Assembly: GCA_964291495.2 (NCBI GenBank)
Contig: OZ219871.1
Location: 672,001-736,000, forward strand
Direction: 5' to 3'
Length of the DNA: 64,000 nt
DNA from: Dehalococcoidia bacterium
GTDB lineage: Bacteria; Chloroflexota; Dehalococcoidia; UBA2979
The notes under the pieces are model-generated. The model worked only from the letters and a program-made list of their open reading frames with translations, did no database searches and was not told the origin of the DNA. This document shows positions 36,844-46,427 of this stretch, piece after piece. The stretch's first letter is position 1, and each line of letters starts with the position of its first letter. The translations under genes were made by a program, and so were the position numbers.

Positions 36844-38289
36844 GTGAGCGCTCCCCGCGCCAGCACCCTGATCCGAGGCGGCACGGTCGTCACCGCGGAA
36901 TCGAGCCACGTCGCGGACGTAGCGATTGCGGACGGCACGATCACGGCCGTCGGGCCGCCCTCGGCGATGCCGGAGGCGGACGAGACGATCGACGCCACGG
37001 GGAAGCTGATCTTCCCCGGCGCGATCGATCCACACTTGCACCTCGGCTTTGGTGAGGACTGGCGGCTGATCTCGAAGATGGCCGCGCGGTCCGGCATCAC
37101 CACGATCATCCCGTTCATCGAGCTTGAGCGCGGCGCGGACGGCATCGAGTCGATCCCGGAGGCGATACGACGGTCGAAAGGCGAGTTCTCCGGCCAGCTC
37201 GTCACGGACGCTTCGATGCACGTGATCGTCCCCGGAGCGGCGGAAGGGTTCCCGGGCGCGTTCGAGGCGCTCGACACCGGCATCCCGGAAGCGGTCGCGC
37301 TGGGCGTCAGCTCCTTCAAGTTCTTCATGACGTACAGCCTCGCCGGATACATGGCGTCGGACGGGTACCTCCTGCGCGCGATGGAGGTCGCCGGTCGCTC
37401 GGGCGGTGTGATTCAGCTGCACTGCGAGAACGGCGCCGTCCTCGACTACCTGCGGGACGAGGCGATCCAGGCGGGCAGGACGAAGCCCAGCGACTATCCG
37501 CCGACGTGCCCTCCGTGGGCGGAGGCCGACGCCGTCAGTCGCGCGATCCTTATGGCCCGCGCCGCCGGCTGCGCGATCTACGTCGTCCACCTCTCGACCG
37601 GGGACGGCCTGTCCCGGATCAGCGAGGCCCAGGCGGCCGGCCAGCCGGTGTGGACGGAGACGTGCCCGCAGTATGTCGTGCTCGACGACAGCGAGATGGA
37701 GCGCCTGGGGCCCTTCGCGAAGATCGGCCCGCCGCTGCGATCACGAGCGGAGGGGCACCAGGACGCGCTCTGGCAGGGGCTCCGGGACGGCCGAATCTCG
37801 ACGGTCGGCAGCGATCACGCGCCAGAGGAATCGGCCGCCAGGGAACACGGCTGGGAGAACATCTTCCTCCAGCCCGACGGAACGTCGGTGCCCTTCGGAT
37901 CGCCCTCGATCGAGACGATGGTCGCCATCACCTACCACGAGGGCGTCGTCGAGCGCGGCCTGTCGCCGTCGTGGTTCGCACGGGTGATGGCCGAGAACAG
38001 CGCCCGGCTCTTCGGCCTGTACCCGCGGAAGGGCGCGATCCGGGTCGGCTCCGACGCGGACTTGCTGATCCTCGATCCGGACGCGAGCTGGACGATCCGG
38101 GCCGAGGACCTGCTGTGTCCCGCCGGGTACACCCCGTACGAGGGCCGCGAGGTGCGCGGCCGCCCGTGGATGACCTTCCTCCGTGGTCGCGCGGTGCTGC
38201 GCGACGGCGAGGTGGCAGTTGGCCCGGGCTCGGGCGAGTTCGTCCCCGCGGGGGGCCGCACCGCGCCTCTGGGGTTCGGGTCGGCGTAA
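36844..38289 (+). CDS. Dihydropyrimidinase/hydantoinase/allantoinase-family cyclic amidohydrolase
   Basis: IDPHLH, SFKFFM, LHCEN, VVHLS, ETCPQY, GSDH, KGAIRVGSDAD. Confidence 0.9.
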   Translation: MSAPRASTLIRGGTVVTAESSHVADVAIADGTITAVGPPSAMPEADETIDATGKLIFPGAIDPHLHLGFGEDWRLISKMAARSGITTIIPFIELERGADGIESIPEAIRRSKGEFSGQLVTDASMHVIVPGAAEGFPGAFEALDTGIPEAVALGVSSFKFFMTYSLAGYMASDGYLLRAMEVAGRSGGVIQLHCENGAVLDYLRDEAIQAGRTKPSDYPPTCPPWAEADAVSRAILMARAAGCAIYVVHLSTGDGLSRISEAQAAGQPVWTETCPQYVVLDDSEMERLGPFAKIGPPLRSRAEGHQDALWQGLRDGRISTVGSDHAPEESAAREHGWENIFLQPDGTSVPFGSPSIETMVAITYHEGVVERGLSPSWFARVMAENSARLFGLYPRKGAIRVGSDADLLILDPDASWTIRAEDLLCPAGYTPYEGREVRGRPWMTFLRGRAVLRDGEVAVGPGSGEFVPAGGRTAPLGFGSA

Positions 38290-38309
38290 CCGGGTCGGGG
38301 CAGCGAACC

Positions 38310-38458
38310 CACCCCCGCCCTCTCCCCCAGGAGAGGGGGCCGGAGGCGCGTCCTCGGGGCCGTCCCCTCCCCGTCATTCCGGCGAGAGCCGGAATCCAGG
38401 CACGCCGACCACCGCGCCGCGGAGGGAACCCTCTCCCCGGGGAGAGGGGCCGGAGGGG
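38310..38458. repeat. Composite intergenic repeat: REP-like palindromes plus GTCATTCCGGCGAGAGCCGGAATCCAG
   Basis: 38310-38346 is the reverse complement of 55581-55617; 38372-38400 matches 43847-43875 and the reverse complement of 50156-50184. Confidence 0.75.
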
Positions 38459-38480
38459 AGCGGAGCCGTGGGAAGGACAG

Positions 38481-38933
38481 CTAGCCCGGTACGCGGATCG
38501 GCCGGTCGCGGGTCGGCAGGACGACGGTCGCCGTGCCCGGCGTCGTCACCTCGTCCGGCCCCTTCTCGACCCAGACCTCGATGTCGGCGAGATGGGTTCC
38601 GTCCTCTTCGCGCAGGGCCGTGATCCGGCCGCGGCCGGTGAGCGTCTCGCCGAGCACCGCAACCTGCCGATGCGAGAACGAGATCTTCCGCAGCCAGCCC
38701 GTCGTGCCCAGCCAGCGCTGCAGCATCTGCACCAGCATCTCGGTCTGAAACGGCCCCTGGATCACTCGCTCCTCGTGGCCCTCGTGCTGCGCCCAGGCGA
38801 GGTCGAAGTGGATGCGATGCGAGTTCCACGTGACGGCAGCCAGCTGGAACATCGCCACCGCCGACGCCTCCACCGTGTGGGAGGGGATCTCCTGTCCCAC
38901 CTCGAGGTCTTCCCAGTACGCGGCGTCGGTCAC
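38481..38933 (-). CDS. MaoC-family hotdog-fold dehydratase
   Basis: YWEDLEVG, WNSHRIHFD...AQHEG...VIQG hydratase-2-like motif; start at GTG 38933. Confidence 0.85.
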   Translation of the reverse strand: MTDAAYWEDLEVGQEIPSHTVEASAVAMFQLAAVTWNSHRIHFDLAWAQHEGHEERVIQGPFQTEMLVQMLQRWLGTTGWLRKISFSHRQVAVLGETLTGRGRITALREEDGTHLADIEVWVEKGPDEVTTPGTATVVLPTRDRPIRVPG

Positions 38934-38944
38934 GGTCGCTCCCC

Positions 38945-39451
38945 CTAGAGCAGGATGGTGGTCGATCGCACCGTCAGCACCAGCTCCCCGCTGGTGTCGT
39001 AGTACGTCAGCTCGGTCTCGACGAAGACGAGCGGGCCGCTGCGACCGCGCCGCTCCTCGATGCTGCTGATGCGCGAGCGCCGCGTCAGCACGTCGCCGGG
39101 CCGGATCGGCCGCACGTAGTCGACCTCCTGCCCGCCGAACAGGTCCCGAGGCAGGGGGACCGGTGGTTTCAGCTCGGCGTCCTCGTTCGGGAGGCCGTCC
39201 TCCTGCAAGTCTTCGTGCCGGAGCGGCTGGATGAAGGGGATCGGGTAGAACAGGAACGGCGCGATGATGCCGCTGAACGGGCTCGCCTGCGCCGTTTCCT
39301 CGTCGAGAAAGAGGGGGCTGTGGTTGTCGACGGCATGCGCGTAGCGCTCGATGTCGCGCTGCGTCACCTCCGCCGTCACGACCGGCCCCTCGCGACCAAT
39401 CCACGAGAGAATCTCGTCGGTGAGGACCGGTTCGTACTCGTCGTCGGCCAT
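38945..39451 (-). CDS. MaoC dehydratase N-terminal-type (FAS1-like) hotdog protein
   Basis: IERYAHAVDNHSPLFLDE, IIAP, RPIRPGD, GRSGPLVFV; start at ATG 39451. Confidence 0.85.
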   Translation of the reverse strand: MADDEYEPVLTDEILSWIGREGPVVTAEVTQRDIERYAHAVDNHSPLFLDEETAQASPFSGIIAPFLFYPIPFIQPLRHEDLQEDGLPNEDAELKPPVPLPRDLFGGQEVDYVRPIRPGDVLTRRSRISSIEERRGRSGPLVFVETELTYYDTSGELVLTVRSTTILL

Positions 39452-39596
39452 CGCGCCCCCGCTCGGCTCGCCGATCATAGGGTCGCGCCGAGGGCGTGTC
39501 GACGCGCGGCGAGTCCGCCTCGCGGGTGCCGGGTCGAGCGCCACGCGCTAGGCTACGGGCAGTCCAGCCGCCCACCGCGCAGACGGGGATCTGCCG

Positions 39597-40019
39597 ATGA
39601 CCAGCGAGTACGCCAAGCCCCTGCCGGTCCAATCGGACGAGGAGCTGACCGCGCCCTTTTGGGAGGCCGCGAAGCGCCACGAGTTGCTGATCCCGCGCTG
39701 CGCGCGCTGCGACGCCTACTTCTGGTATCCGCGGCCCGCCTGCCCGAATTGCCTGCGTGAGGGCTGGGAGTGGACGCCCGTGAGCGGCAAGGCGCGGCTC
39801 CACACGTTCACCATCGTGCGGCAGCCCGCCGACCCCAGCTTCGCCGAGGAGACGCCGTACGTGTACGCGGTGGTGCAGCTCGAAGAGGGCCCGCGCATGA
39901 TCTCGAACGTGATCGACGCCGATCCGCTCACCGAGGTCGAGGTCGACATGCACCTCGAGGTGACGTTCGACGACGTCACCGACGAGTGGACGCTCGTGAA
40001 GTGGCGGCCGGCCAGCTGA
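39597..40019 (+). CDS. DUF35 Zn-ribbon OB-fold protein
   Basis: PFWEAA, CARC...YPRPACPNC, VQLEEGPRMISN. Confidence 0.92.
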   Translation: MTSEYAKPLPVQSDEELTAPFWEAAKRHELLIPRCARCDAYFWYPRPACPNCLREGWEWTPVSGKARLHTFTIVRQPADPSFAEETPYVYAVVQLEEGPRMISNVIDADPLTEVEVDMHLEVTFDDVTDEWTLVKWRPAS

Positions 40020-40047
40020 GCGCGGCGAGGCGGATGGGAGCCACGCC

Positions 40048-41190
40048 GTGAGCTTGCGGGGACGGACGGCGATCGCCGGGTACTGCGAACTGCCCACGAG
40101 GCGCACGTACCCCGGTCGCAACACCTTCAGCCTGCTGGCGGAGGCGGCGCGCGGCGCGATCACGGACGCTGGACTCCGGCAAGCCGACATCGACGGCCTG
40201 ATCTGCTCGGGGGTCATGCCGATGTCGCTCGCGGAGCACTTCCGGCTCAAGCTGCGCTTCACGGAATCGATGACCGTGCAGGGCGCCGGTCCCGCGGGTT
40301 CGATCGTGACGGCGGCGGCCGCGATCCACGCAGGGCTGGCGAACTACGTGCTCTGCGTCTTCGGCGAGTCGCTCCAGGACGTCCCATGGCCCGTGCGCGC
40401 AACGACCGCCGAGTGGGAGGCCCCGTTCGGCCCGGTGATCGCCGCCAACGGCGACTACGGACTGATCAAGCAGCGCTACATGTTCGAGTTCGGCACGACG
40501 CAAGAGCAGTTCGCCAAGTGCGCCGTGGACGAGCGCTTCAACGCCGCCGACAACGAGCACGCGGTCTGGGCCGGGCAGCCGATCAGCATCGAGGACGTCC
40601 TCAACTCGCGCTTCACGAACGACCCGCTGCACCTGCTGGAGAGCGTGATGCCCTGCTCCGGCGCGGCGGCGGTGATCGTGACCTCGGCCGACCGCGCTCG
40701 CTCGCTGCGGAACCCGCCCGTCCACATCCTCGGGGCGGCCGGGCCGGCCACCTCGCACCACTCGATCTGGCAGGAGGACGAGATCACGACGACTCCGGTG
40801 GTGCTGTCCGCCCCGACTGCGCTGGAGATGGCGCAGTACAGCGTGCGCGACGTGGAGTTCGCGCAGTTCTACGACCCCTACACGATCCTCGTGATGATGA
40901 CGCTGGAGGACGCCGGCATCTGCCCAAAGGGCGAGATCGGCGCCTTCTACGAGGAGACCGACACGACCTACAAGGGCGAGTTCCCGATCAACACGGACGG
41001 CGGCCAGATCGGAGCCGGGCAGCCCGGCGACGCAGGCGGCCTCCGCCACGTCGTCGAGGCCGCGCGCCAGATCATGGGGCGCGCCGGCGTGCGGCAGGTG
41101 GAGCGCAACGACCTCTGCCTGGTCAACGGAAACGGCGGCTTCGCAAGCGTCCAGGCCACGCTGGTGCTCGGTTCGAGCGCCACCCTTTGA
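40048..41190 (+). CDS. Thiolase-fold protein (SCP2/Ltp2-like), uninterrupted paralogue of 15274-16419
   Basis: QFYDPYT, INTDGGQIGAGQPG, CLVNGNGG. Confidence 0.9.
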   Translation: MSLRGRTAIAGYCELPTRRTYPGRNTFSLLAEAARGAITDAGLRQADIDGLICSGVMPMSLAEHFRLKLRFTESMTVQGAGPAGSIVTAAAAIHAGLANYVLCVFGESLQDVPWPVRATTAEWEAPFGPVIAANGDYGLIKQRYMFEFGTTQEQFAKCAVDERFNAADNEHAVWAGQPISIEDVLNSRFTNDPLHLLESVMPCSGAAAVIVTSADRARSLRNPPVHILGAAGPATSHHSIWQEDEITTTPVVLSAPTALEMAQYSVRDVEFAQFYDPYTILVMMTLEDAGICPKGEIGAFYEETDTTYKGEFPINTDGGQIGAGQPGDAGGLRHVVEAARQIMGRAGVRQVERNDLCLVNGNGGFASVQATLVLGSSATL

Positions 41191-41214
41191 CAGTCACCTT
41201 TCGGGCGATAGAAT
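41187..41214 (+). promoter_or_regulatory. Promoter TTGACA-16-TAGAAT containing AmtR-like operator copy 4 (41198-41214)
   Basis: TTGACAGTCACCTTTCGGGCGATAGAAT; the -35 box overlaps the thiolase TGA stop codon. Confidence 0.82.
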
Positions 41215-41262
41215 CCCCGTTGACCCGACCGGCGACGAGCAGCGGCGGACGAGGGAACCTCG

Positions 41263-42486
41263 ATGGACTGGCTGGATACGCCCGAGCAGGCCGAGTTCCG
41301 TGCCGAGGTGCAGGCGCTGCTGCGTGACCACCTCCCGGACTTCTACCGCCGCGCCAGCGAGGAGGAGATCGGCGAGGAACGCGGGGGCGGCTGGGTCGCG
41401 GACCGCAGGTCCGAGGATCCGGAGCGACGTGGGGCGGCCGACGCCTGGGCAGACGCGATCTCCGCACGGGGCTGGTTCGCGCCTCACTGGCCCGTCGAGT
41501 ACGGCGGCGCCGGGCTCGGCCCGGACGAGCAGTTCATCTTCCGACAGGAGCTGGCGCGCGCCGGCGCGCCGCTCGTGGGCGCCGGCGGCGTCCGACTGCT
41601 CGGCCCCACCCTGATCGTCTACGGCACCGAGGAGCAACGCGCGCGCTACATGCCGGAGATCCTCTCCGGCGAGGTGGTGTGGGCGCAGTGCTACTCGGAG
41701 CCGGGCGCCGGCTCCGACCTCGCCTCGCTGCAGACGCGAGCGGAGCTCGAGGGCGACGAGTGGGTGATCAACGGACACAAGGTCTGGACCACGAACGCCC
41801 AGCACGCCGACGCGCTGGTCCTCCTCACACGCACCGACCCGACCGCGCCACGACACCGCGGCATCTCGTTCCAGCTGATCGACGACATCCACACCGAGGG
41901 GCTCTCGGTCCGCCCCCTGATCAACATGGCGTGGGGCCACGAGTTCAACGAGGTCCACTTCGAGAACGTGCGCACGCCCGCCTCGCACGTGGTCGGCGAG
42001 GTCAACCGCGGGTGGTATCCCGCCCTCTCGATGCTCGACTTCGAGCGATCGGACATCAACGTCGTCGTCCACCTCGAGCGCGCACTCGATCGGCTCGTCG
42101 CGTACCTCGAGACCGAGGCCGGCGCCCGGCAGGCGCGCCTGACGCCGACGGTGCGGCACGAGATCGCGGATCGCTTCCTGGAGGTGGCGGTCGCCCAGAA
42201 CTTCTCGCTCTGGATGCTGTCGATGCAGAACGACGGTGTGATTCCGAACTACGAGGCGTCGATGACGAAGCTGTTCATCTCGGAGTGCAATCAGCTGCTT
42301 GCCCAGACCGGCACCCGCATCTTCGGGCTGTACTCGAACATCTGGGACGCGAGCGAGCGGGCTCCGCTGAACGGCGGGTTCACCCGTCACTACGTCCTGA
42401 CCGTCCCCGACACGATTGAGGGCGGCACCTCGGAGATCCAGCGCAACATCATCGCCACGCGCGGGCTGGGGCTGCCGCGCAGCTAG
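41263..42486 (+). CDS. Acyl-CoA dehydrogenase
   Basis: YSEPGAGSDLASL, INGHKVWT, FNEVHF, TIEGGTSEIQRNII. Confidence 0.93.
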   Translation: MDWLDTPEQAEFRAEVQALLRDHLPDFYRRASEEEIGEERGGGWVADRRSEDPERRGAADAWADAISARGWFAPHWPVEYGGAGLGPDEQFIFRQELARAGAPLVGAGGVRLLGPTLIVYGTEEQRARYMPEILSGEVVWAQCYSEPGAGSDLASLQTRAELEGDEWVINGHKVWTTNAQHADALVLLTRTDPTAPRHRGISFQLIDDIHTEGLSVRPLINMAWGHEFNEVHFENVRTPASHVVGEVNRGWYPALSMLDFERSDINVVVHLERALDRLVAYLETEAGARQARLTPTVRHEIADRFLEVAVAQNFSLWMLSMQNDGVIPNYEASMTKLFISECNQLLAQTGTRIFGLYSNIWDASERAPLNGGFTRHYVLTVPDTIEGGTSEIQRNIIATRGLGLPRS

Positions 42487-42588
42487 CTGCGCGCCGCCGC
42501 GTCGCGGCCCTGCCCGGACCGTTGCCCGGTCGCCTGAGGGGTCGCGCATACGCTGTACGTGTAACCGAGCGCCTGAGGAGGCAGACAG

Positions 42589-43794
42589 ATGAGCGAGCAG
42601 GGGCCGCTGGCCGGAATCAGCGTCGTCGAGCTGGCGAGCTGGATGATGACGCCGGCGAGCGGCAGCATCCTCGCCAGCTTCGGCGCGGACGTAATCAAGA
42701 TCGAGCCCGCGGGCTCGGCCGACCCGATCCGGCGGCTCAACGAGGTCGGCGTGGGCGCGGGCGGGCTCGAGCCGAGCTTCGAACTCGCGAACAACGGCAA
42801 GCGCAGCATGCAGCTCGACATCCGGTCCGGGGCGGGGCGCGAGGTCGTGCACCGCCTGCTCGAGGGTGCGGACATCTTCCTCACCAACGTGCGCGCACAG
42901 GCGCTCGAGCGCGCCGGGCTGGGCCTTGAGGCGCTGCACGAGCGCTACCCCCGGCTGATCGTGGCGCACGGCAGTAGTTACGGGAGGGTTGGCCCCGTCG
43001 CCCACCATCCGTCCTTCGACGAGCTCGCGTACTGGTCGCGCGGCGGCATGGCGACCGCGCTCCAGGACGAGGGCGCGCTTCCGGTTGCGATCAACGGGGC
43101 GATGGGCGACCTGCCCACGGCCGTCACCCTCGCCGCGGGGATGCTCCTCGCGCTCTACCGCCGGGAGCGAGAGGGGGTCGGCGCGATCGTCGACGTCTCG
43201 CTCTACCAGTGCGGGCTCTGGGCGAACGGGACGGTCCTCGCCGCGGCCCTGGCGGGCGTGCAGTTCCGCCCGAGGATCGGCCGGCATCACCCGTTCAATC
43301 CGCTGGACACCTCGTACCAGTGCGCCGACGGCTCCTGGGTGCAGTTCGCGATGTTGCAGCCGACCCGCTACTGGGGGCTGCTCTGCGAGGCGCTGGACCG
43401 TCCGGACCTGGCCGACGACCCCCGCTTCGATACGATGGAGCACCTGTTCGAGCATGTGCCCGAGGCGACCGCCGAGCTGGAGCGGGCGGTCGGCGTCTTC
43501 ACGCGCGAAGAGCTGGGCCGACGCCTCGAGAGCCGCGACCTTCCCTGGGCGCCGCTGTTCGACGCCGGGGACATCGTGAGCGACGAGCAGGCGCGCGCGA
43601 ACAACTACTTCGTCACGAAGCAGCACCGTTCCGGCGTCGAGATGGAGACGCTCGCGCCCCCGTTCGGTCTGCGCGACGAGGAACCGCAGATGGAGCCCGC
43701 GCCGGAGGCCGGCCAGCACACGGAGGAGGTGCTGCTGGAGCTGGGCTACGGCTGGGACGAGATCGGGGAGCTGCGGGAGCGCGGCGCGTTCTAG
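42589..43794 (+). CDS. Family III CoA-transferase (close paralogue of 28470-29675)
   Basis: Same length (401 aa) with long identical blocks; GAMGD. Confidence 0.9.
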   Translation: MSEQGPLAGISVVELASWMMTPASGSILASFGADVIKIEPAGSADPIRRLNEVGVGAGGLEPSFELANNGKRSMQLDIRSGAGREVVHRLLEGADIFLTNVRAQALERAGLGLEALHERYPRLIVAHGSSYGRVGPVAHHPSFDELAYWSRGGMATALQDEGALPVAINGAMGDLPTAVTLAAGMLLALYRREREGVGAIVDVSLYQCGLWANGTVLAAALAGVQFRPRIGRHHPFNPLDTSYQCADGSWVQFAMLQPTRYWGLLCEALDRPDLADDPRFDTMEHLFEHVPEATAELERAVGVFTREELGRRLESRDLPWAPLFDAGDIVSDEQARANNYFVTKQHRSGVEMETLAPPFGLRDEEPQMEPAPEAGQHTEEVLLELGYGWDEIGELRERGAF

Positions 43795-43801
43795 CCAGGC
43801 C

Positions 43802-43875
43802 GAGACCCTCGTGAAAGCCCTTCAGGGCAGGGAGCGCACCCCCTCCCGTCATTCCGGCGAAAGCCGGAATCCAGG
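43802..43875. repeat. GAGACCCT...GTCATTCCGGCGAAAGCCGGAATCCAGG palindromic element
   Basis: ATTCCGGC-GAAA-GCCGGAAT hairpin between convergent genes; copies at 38372 and 50156. Confidence 0.7.
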
Positions 43876-43908
43876 CGCGCCAACCGAACCGCGGCGGGTC
43901 AGGGCAGC

Positions 43909-45195
43909 CTAGCGGGTGGAGCCCTCGCGAACGCGGACTGCCGCCTGCGACTCGAACAGCACCTTCTCCGCCATGAGATCCTCGACCGCCGCCTCGTCCA
44001 TCCCGAGGTACTCGCCGACGATCTCGCGGGTGTGCTCGCCCATCTCCGGCGCGCGGCCGCGGACGTAGGCCTGCGCGTCGGAGAACCTGAAGGGCGGCTC
44101 GACCACTCCGACCGTTCCGAGGCCGGGGTAGTCGACCTCGCCGAAGCTGCCGCGCTGGACGAACCACGGGTGCGTGAGCATCTCCTCCTGGGAGAGGACG
44201 GGGCCGGCGGTGATCCGTTCCTCCGCGAGCAAGGCGAGGGCCTCCTCGCGGCTGTCGAGTGAGCAGAGCCAGCCCTCGACGATCTCGACGACCTCCTCCG
44301 TGCGTTGCAGCCGGGCCTGGTCGGTGCGGAAGTCCGGATGTTCGACGAGGTCCTCGCGGCCCATCAGCGCGCAGAGGCGCGCCCAGAGGCTCAGCTCGCC
44401 CGACCCGTGCGCCTGGATGGAGATGTAGCCGCCGGTGGCCTTGAACGTACCCATCGGGAACGTGTAGCTCTGGTTCTGACCGTTGCGGTAGGGAGCGGCT
44501 GCCTGGCTGCCGAACATCGCCACTGCCGGAGCGACCAGGCAGTCGACGAACAGGTTGGCGTCCACCATCGAGATGTCGATGTGCTGGCCCTTGCCCGTCG
44601 CATTCAGGCCATGCATCGCCGCGAGGATACCGACCACACCGTGGACCGCGGTGATCGGGTCGCCGATACCGCCGCCCACGGCGTACGGCGGGCCATCCCT
44701 GTCGCCGGTGTTCCAGTTCATCCCGCTCATCGCCTGCGCGATCGGGTCGCTGCTCGGCCGGCCGCGGTCGCCCTCGAGCCCCTCCTGGCCGAAGCCTGTG
44801 AGCGAGCACATGATCAGGCGGGGGTTGATGTCGCTCAGCGTGACGTAGGAGAGGCCGAGGTTCTGCATGACGCGCGGCGTCATGTTCTCCACGACGATGT
44901 CCGTTTGCGGGATCAGGTCCCAGATGATCTGCACGCCGCGCGGGTCCTTGAGGTTCACGGCGAGGCTTTTCTTGCCGCCGTTGGTGTGCAGGAACAGCCG
45001 GTTGGCGGGGACCGCGTGCAGTCCCTCTTCCTCGAACCGGCTGCCCGGGCCCTCGGCGTCGTAGCCCCAGCCGGGCAGCGGGTACTCGACGTGAATCACA
45101 TCGGCGCCGAGGTCGGCGAGAATGCGGGAGCAGAACGGGCCAACCGCCGCGAGCGTGAAGTCGAGCACACGCAGGCCCGCAAGCAGATCATTCAT
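43909..45195 (-). CDS. Family III CoA-transferase
   Basis: LLAGLRVLDF, LADLGADVIHVE, NGGKKSL, GIGD; start at ATG 45195. Confidence 0.9.
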   Translation of the reverse strand: MNDLLAGLRVLDFTLAAVGPFCSRILADLGADVIHVEYPLPGWGYDAEGPGSRFEEEGLHAVPANRLFLHTNGGKKSLAVNLKDPRGVQIIWDLIPQTDIVVENMTPRVMQNLGLSYVTLSDINPRLIMCSLTGFGQEGLEGDRGRPSSDPIAQAMSGMNWNTGDRDGPPYAVGGGIGDPITAVHGVVGILAAMHGLNATGKGQHIDISMVDANLFVDCLVAPAVAMFGSQAAAPYRNGQNQSYTFPMGTFKATGGYISIQAHGSGELSLWARLCALMGREDLVEHPDFRTDQARLQRTEEVVEIVEGWLCSLDSREEALALLAEERITAGPVLSQEEMLTHPWFVQRGSFGEVDYPGLGTVGVVEPPFRFSDAQAYVRGRAPEMGEHTREIVGEYLGMDEAAVEDLMAEKVLFESQAAVRVREGSTR

Positions 45196-45379
45196 CGGAG
45201 TCCCCTTCTCTGCGAGAGTCCGCGGACGTGGCGCGCTCGGCGCCGAGGCGCGCGCACTCCCTCGAATCATGTGGAGCACGGATGGGATTCGCAACCAGCA
45301 CATTGCCCGGACCGCTGCCCGCGCGAACGCGTACCCCGGAGTCGCCTAGAATCGCCAGGAAGACCGTTGGGAGACGACG

Positions 45380-46324
45380 ATGACCAGCGCAACAGCCGTG
45401 CCGACCCTGCCGTACGAGATGCTCGCGGAGTGGGAGCGGCTCCCGGACGGCATGACGCTGCACGAGACGCCGGGCGTCTCGGTCGCGCCGGACGGGACAA
45501 TCTGGCTGCTCACGAAGAACCCCGAGAACCCGGTGATCGCCCTCGATAGCGACGGGAAGTTCCTGCAGACCTTCGGGGCCGGCTCGTTCACCGACGCCAC
45601 CCACGCGATCCTCGCGGCACACGACGGCTATCTCTACTGCGCAGACGAGGGGGCGCACACGATTACGAAGTGGACGACCGAGGGTGAGCTGCTGATGACG
45701 ATCGGCACGCCGGGCAGTCCCGCGCCGAAGTTCTCCGGGCTGCCGTTCAACAGCCCGACGGACATCGCGATCGCCGAGGACGGCACGATCTTCATCAGCG
45801 ACGGCTACGGGAACGCGCGCATCCACAAGTACTCGCCCGACGGTGAGTTGCTGTGCTCCTGGGGCGAGCCCGGCGTCGACGCCGGACAGTTCCTGTGCCC
45901 CCACAACATCGGCCTGCGTGGCGACCGCCTCTACGTCGCCGACCGCGAGGCGCTGCGCGTGCAGGTCTTCGACCTCGACGGCAACCACGTCGTCACCTGG
46001 AACAACATCCACCGCCCCTGCGCCCTGACCGTCGGCCCCGAGGGCAACATCTACATCGGCGAGCTGTGCGGCGTGCCGCTCACGGTGGACGCGCCGGGGG
46101 TCGGTCACCGGATCTCGGTGCTCAGCCCCGACGGCGAGCTGCTCGGCCGCTACGGCGCGCCCGAGTCGGGCGAAGGGCTGGGCCAGTTCATCGCGCCGCA
46201 CGGGATCGGGGTGGCGGAGAACGGGGACGTCTACGTCGGAGAGATGTCCTACACGATGCTGGGGAGCCGCCTGGACCCGCCGCGCGAGCTGAAGAGCCTC
46301 AAGAAGCTCCGCAGGACGGACTGA
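45380..46324 (+). CDS. NHL-repeat protein, peptidyl-alpha-hydroxyglycine alpha-amidating lyase family
   Basis: PFNSPTDIA, SDGYGNARIHKY, PH, YVADRE. Confidence 0.85.
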   Translation: MTSATAVPTLPYEMLAEWERLPDGMTLHETPGVSVAPDGTIWLLTKNPENPVIALDSDGKFLQTFGAGSFTDATHAILAAHDGYLYCADEGAHTITKWTTEGELLMTIGTPGSPAPKFSGLPFNSPTDIAIAEDGTIFISDGYGNARIHKYSPDGELLCSWGEPGVDAGQFLCPHNIGLRGDRLYVADREALRVQVFDLDGNHVVTWNNIHRPCALTVGPEGNIYIGELCGVPLTVDAPGVGHRISVLSPDGELLGRYGAPESGEGLGQFIAPHGIGVAENGDVYVGEMSYTMLGSRLDPPRELKSLKKLRRTD

Positions 46325-46427
46325 GCCGGGCCGGCCCTGCGCGGGCCATCCGAAGCGCGTCACGCCGCCATCCTCGCAATCGCTCGCTGCGGCGCCCGCG
46401 GCGATCGGCCGAGGGCCCGCGCCCGTG

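Noticed and set aside
38481-42486. Assignment as a cholesterol/steroid degradation cluster under KstR
   Set aside because: The family overlap is real, but there are no ring-degradation genes (kstD, kshA, hsa) and I saw no TnnAACnnGTTnnA boxes.
24106-43719. Long antisense or alternate-frame ORFs (for example 24106-26517 +, 41194-43719 -, also 7876-9867 +, 15265-17343 -, 57543-59543 +)
   Set aside because: These are shadows of real genes in high-GC DNA, with Arg/Gly/Ala-rich translations and no family motifs.
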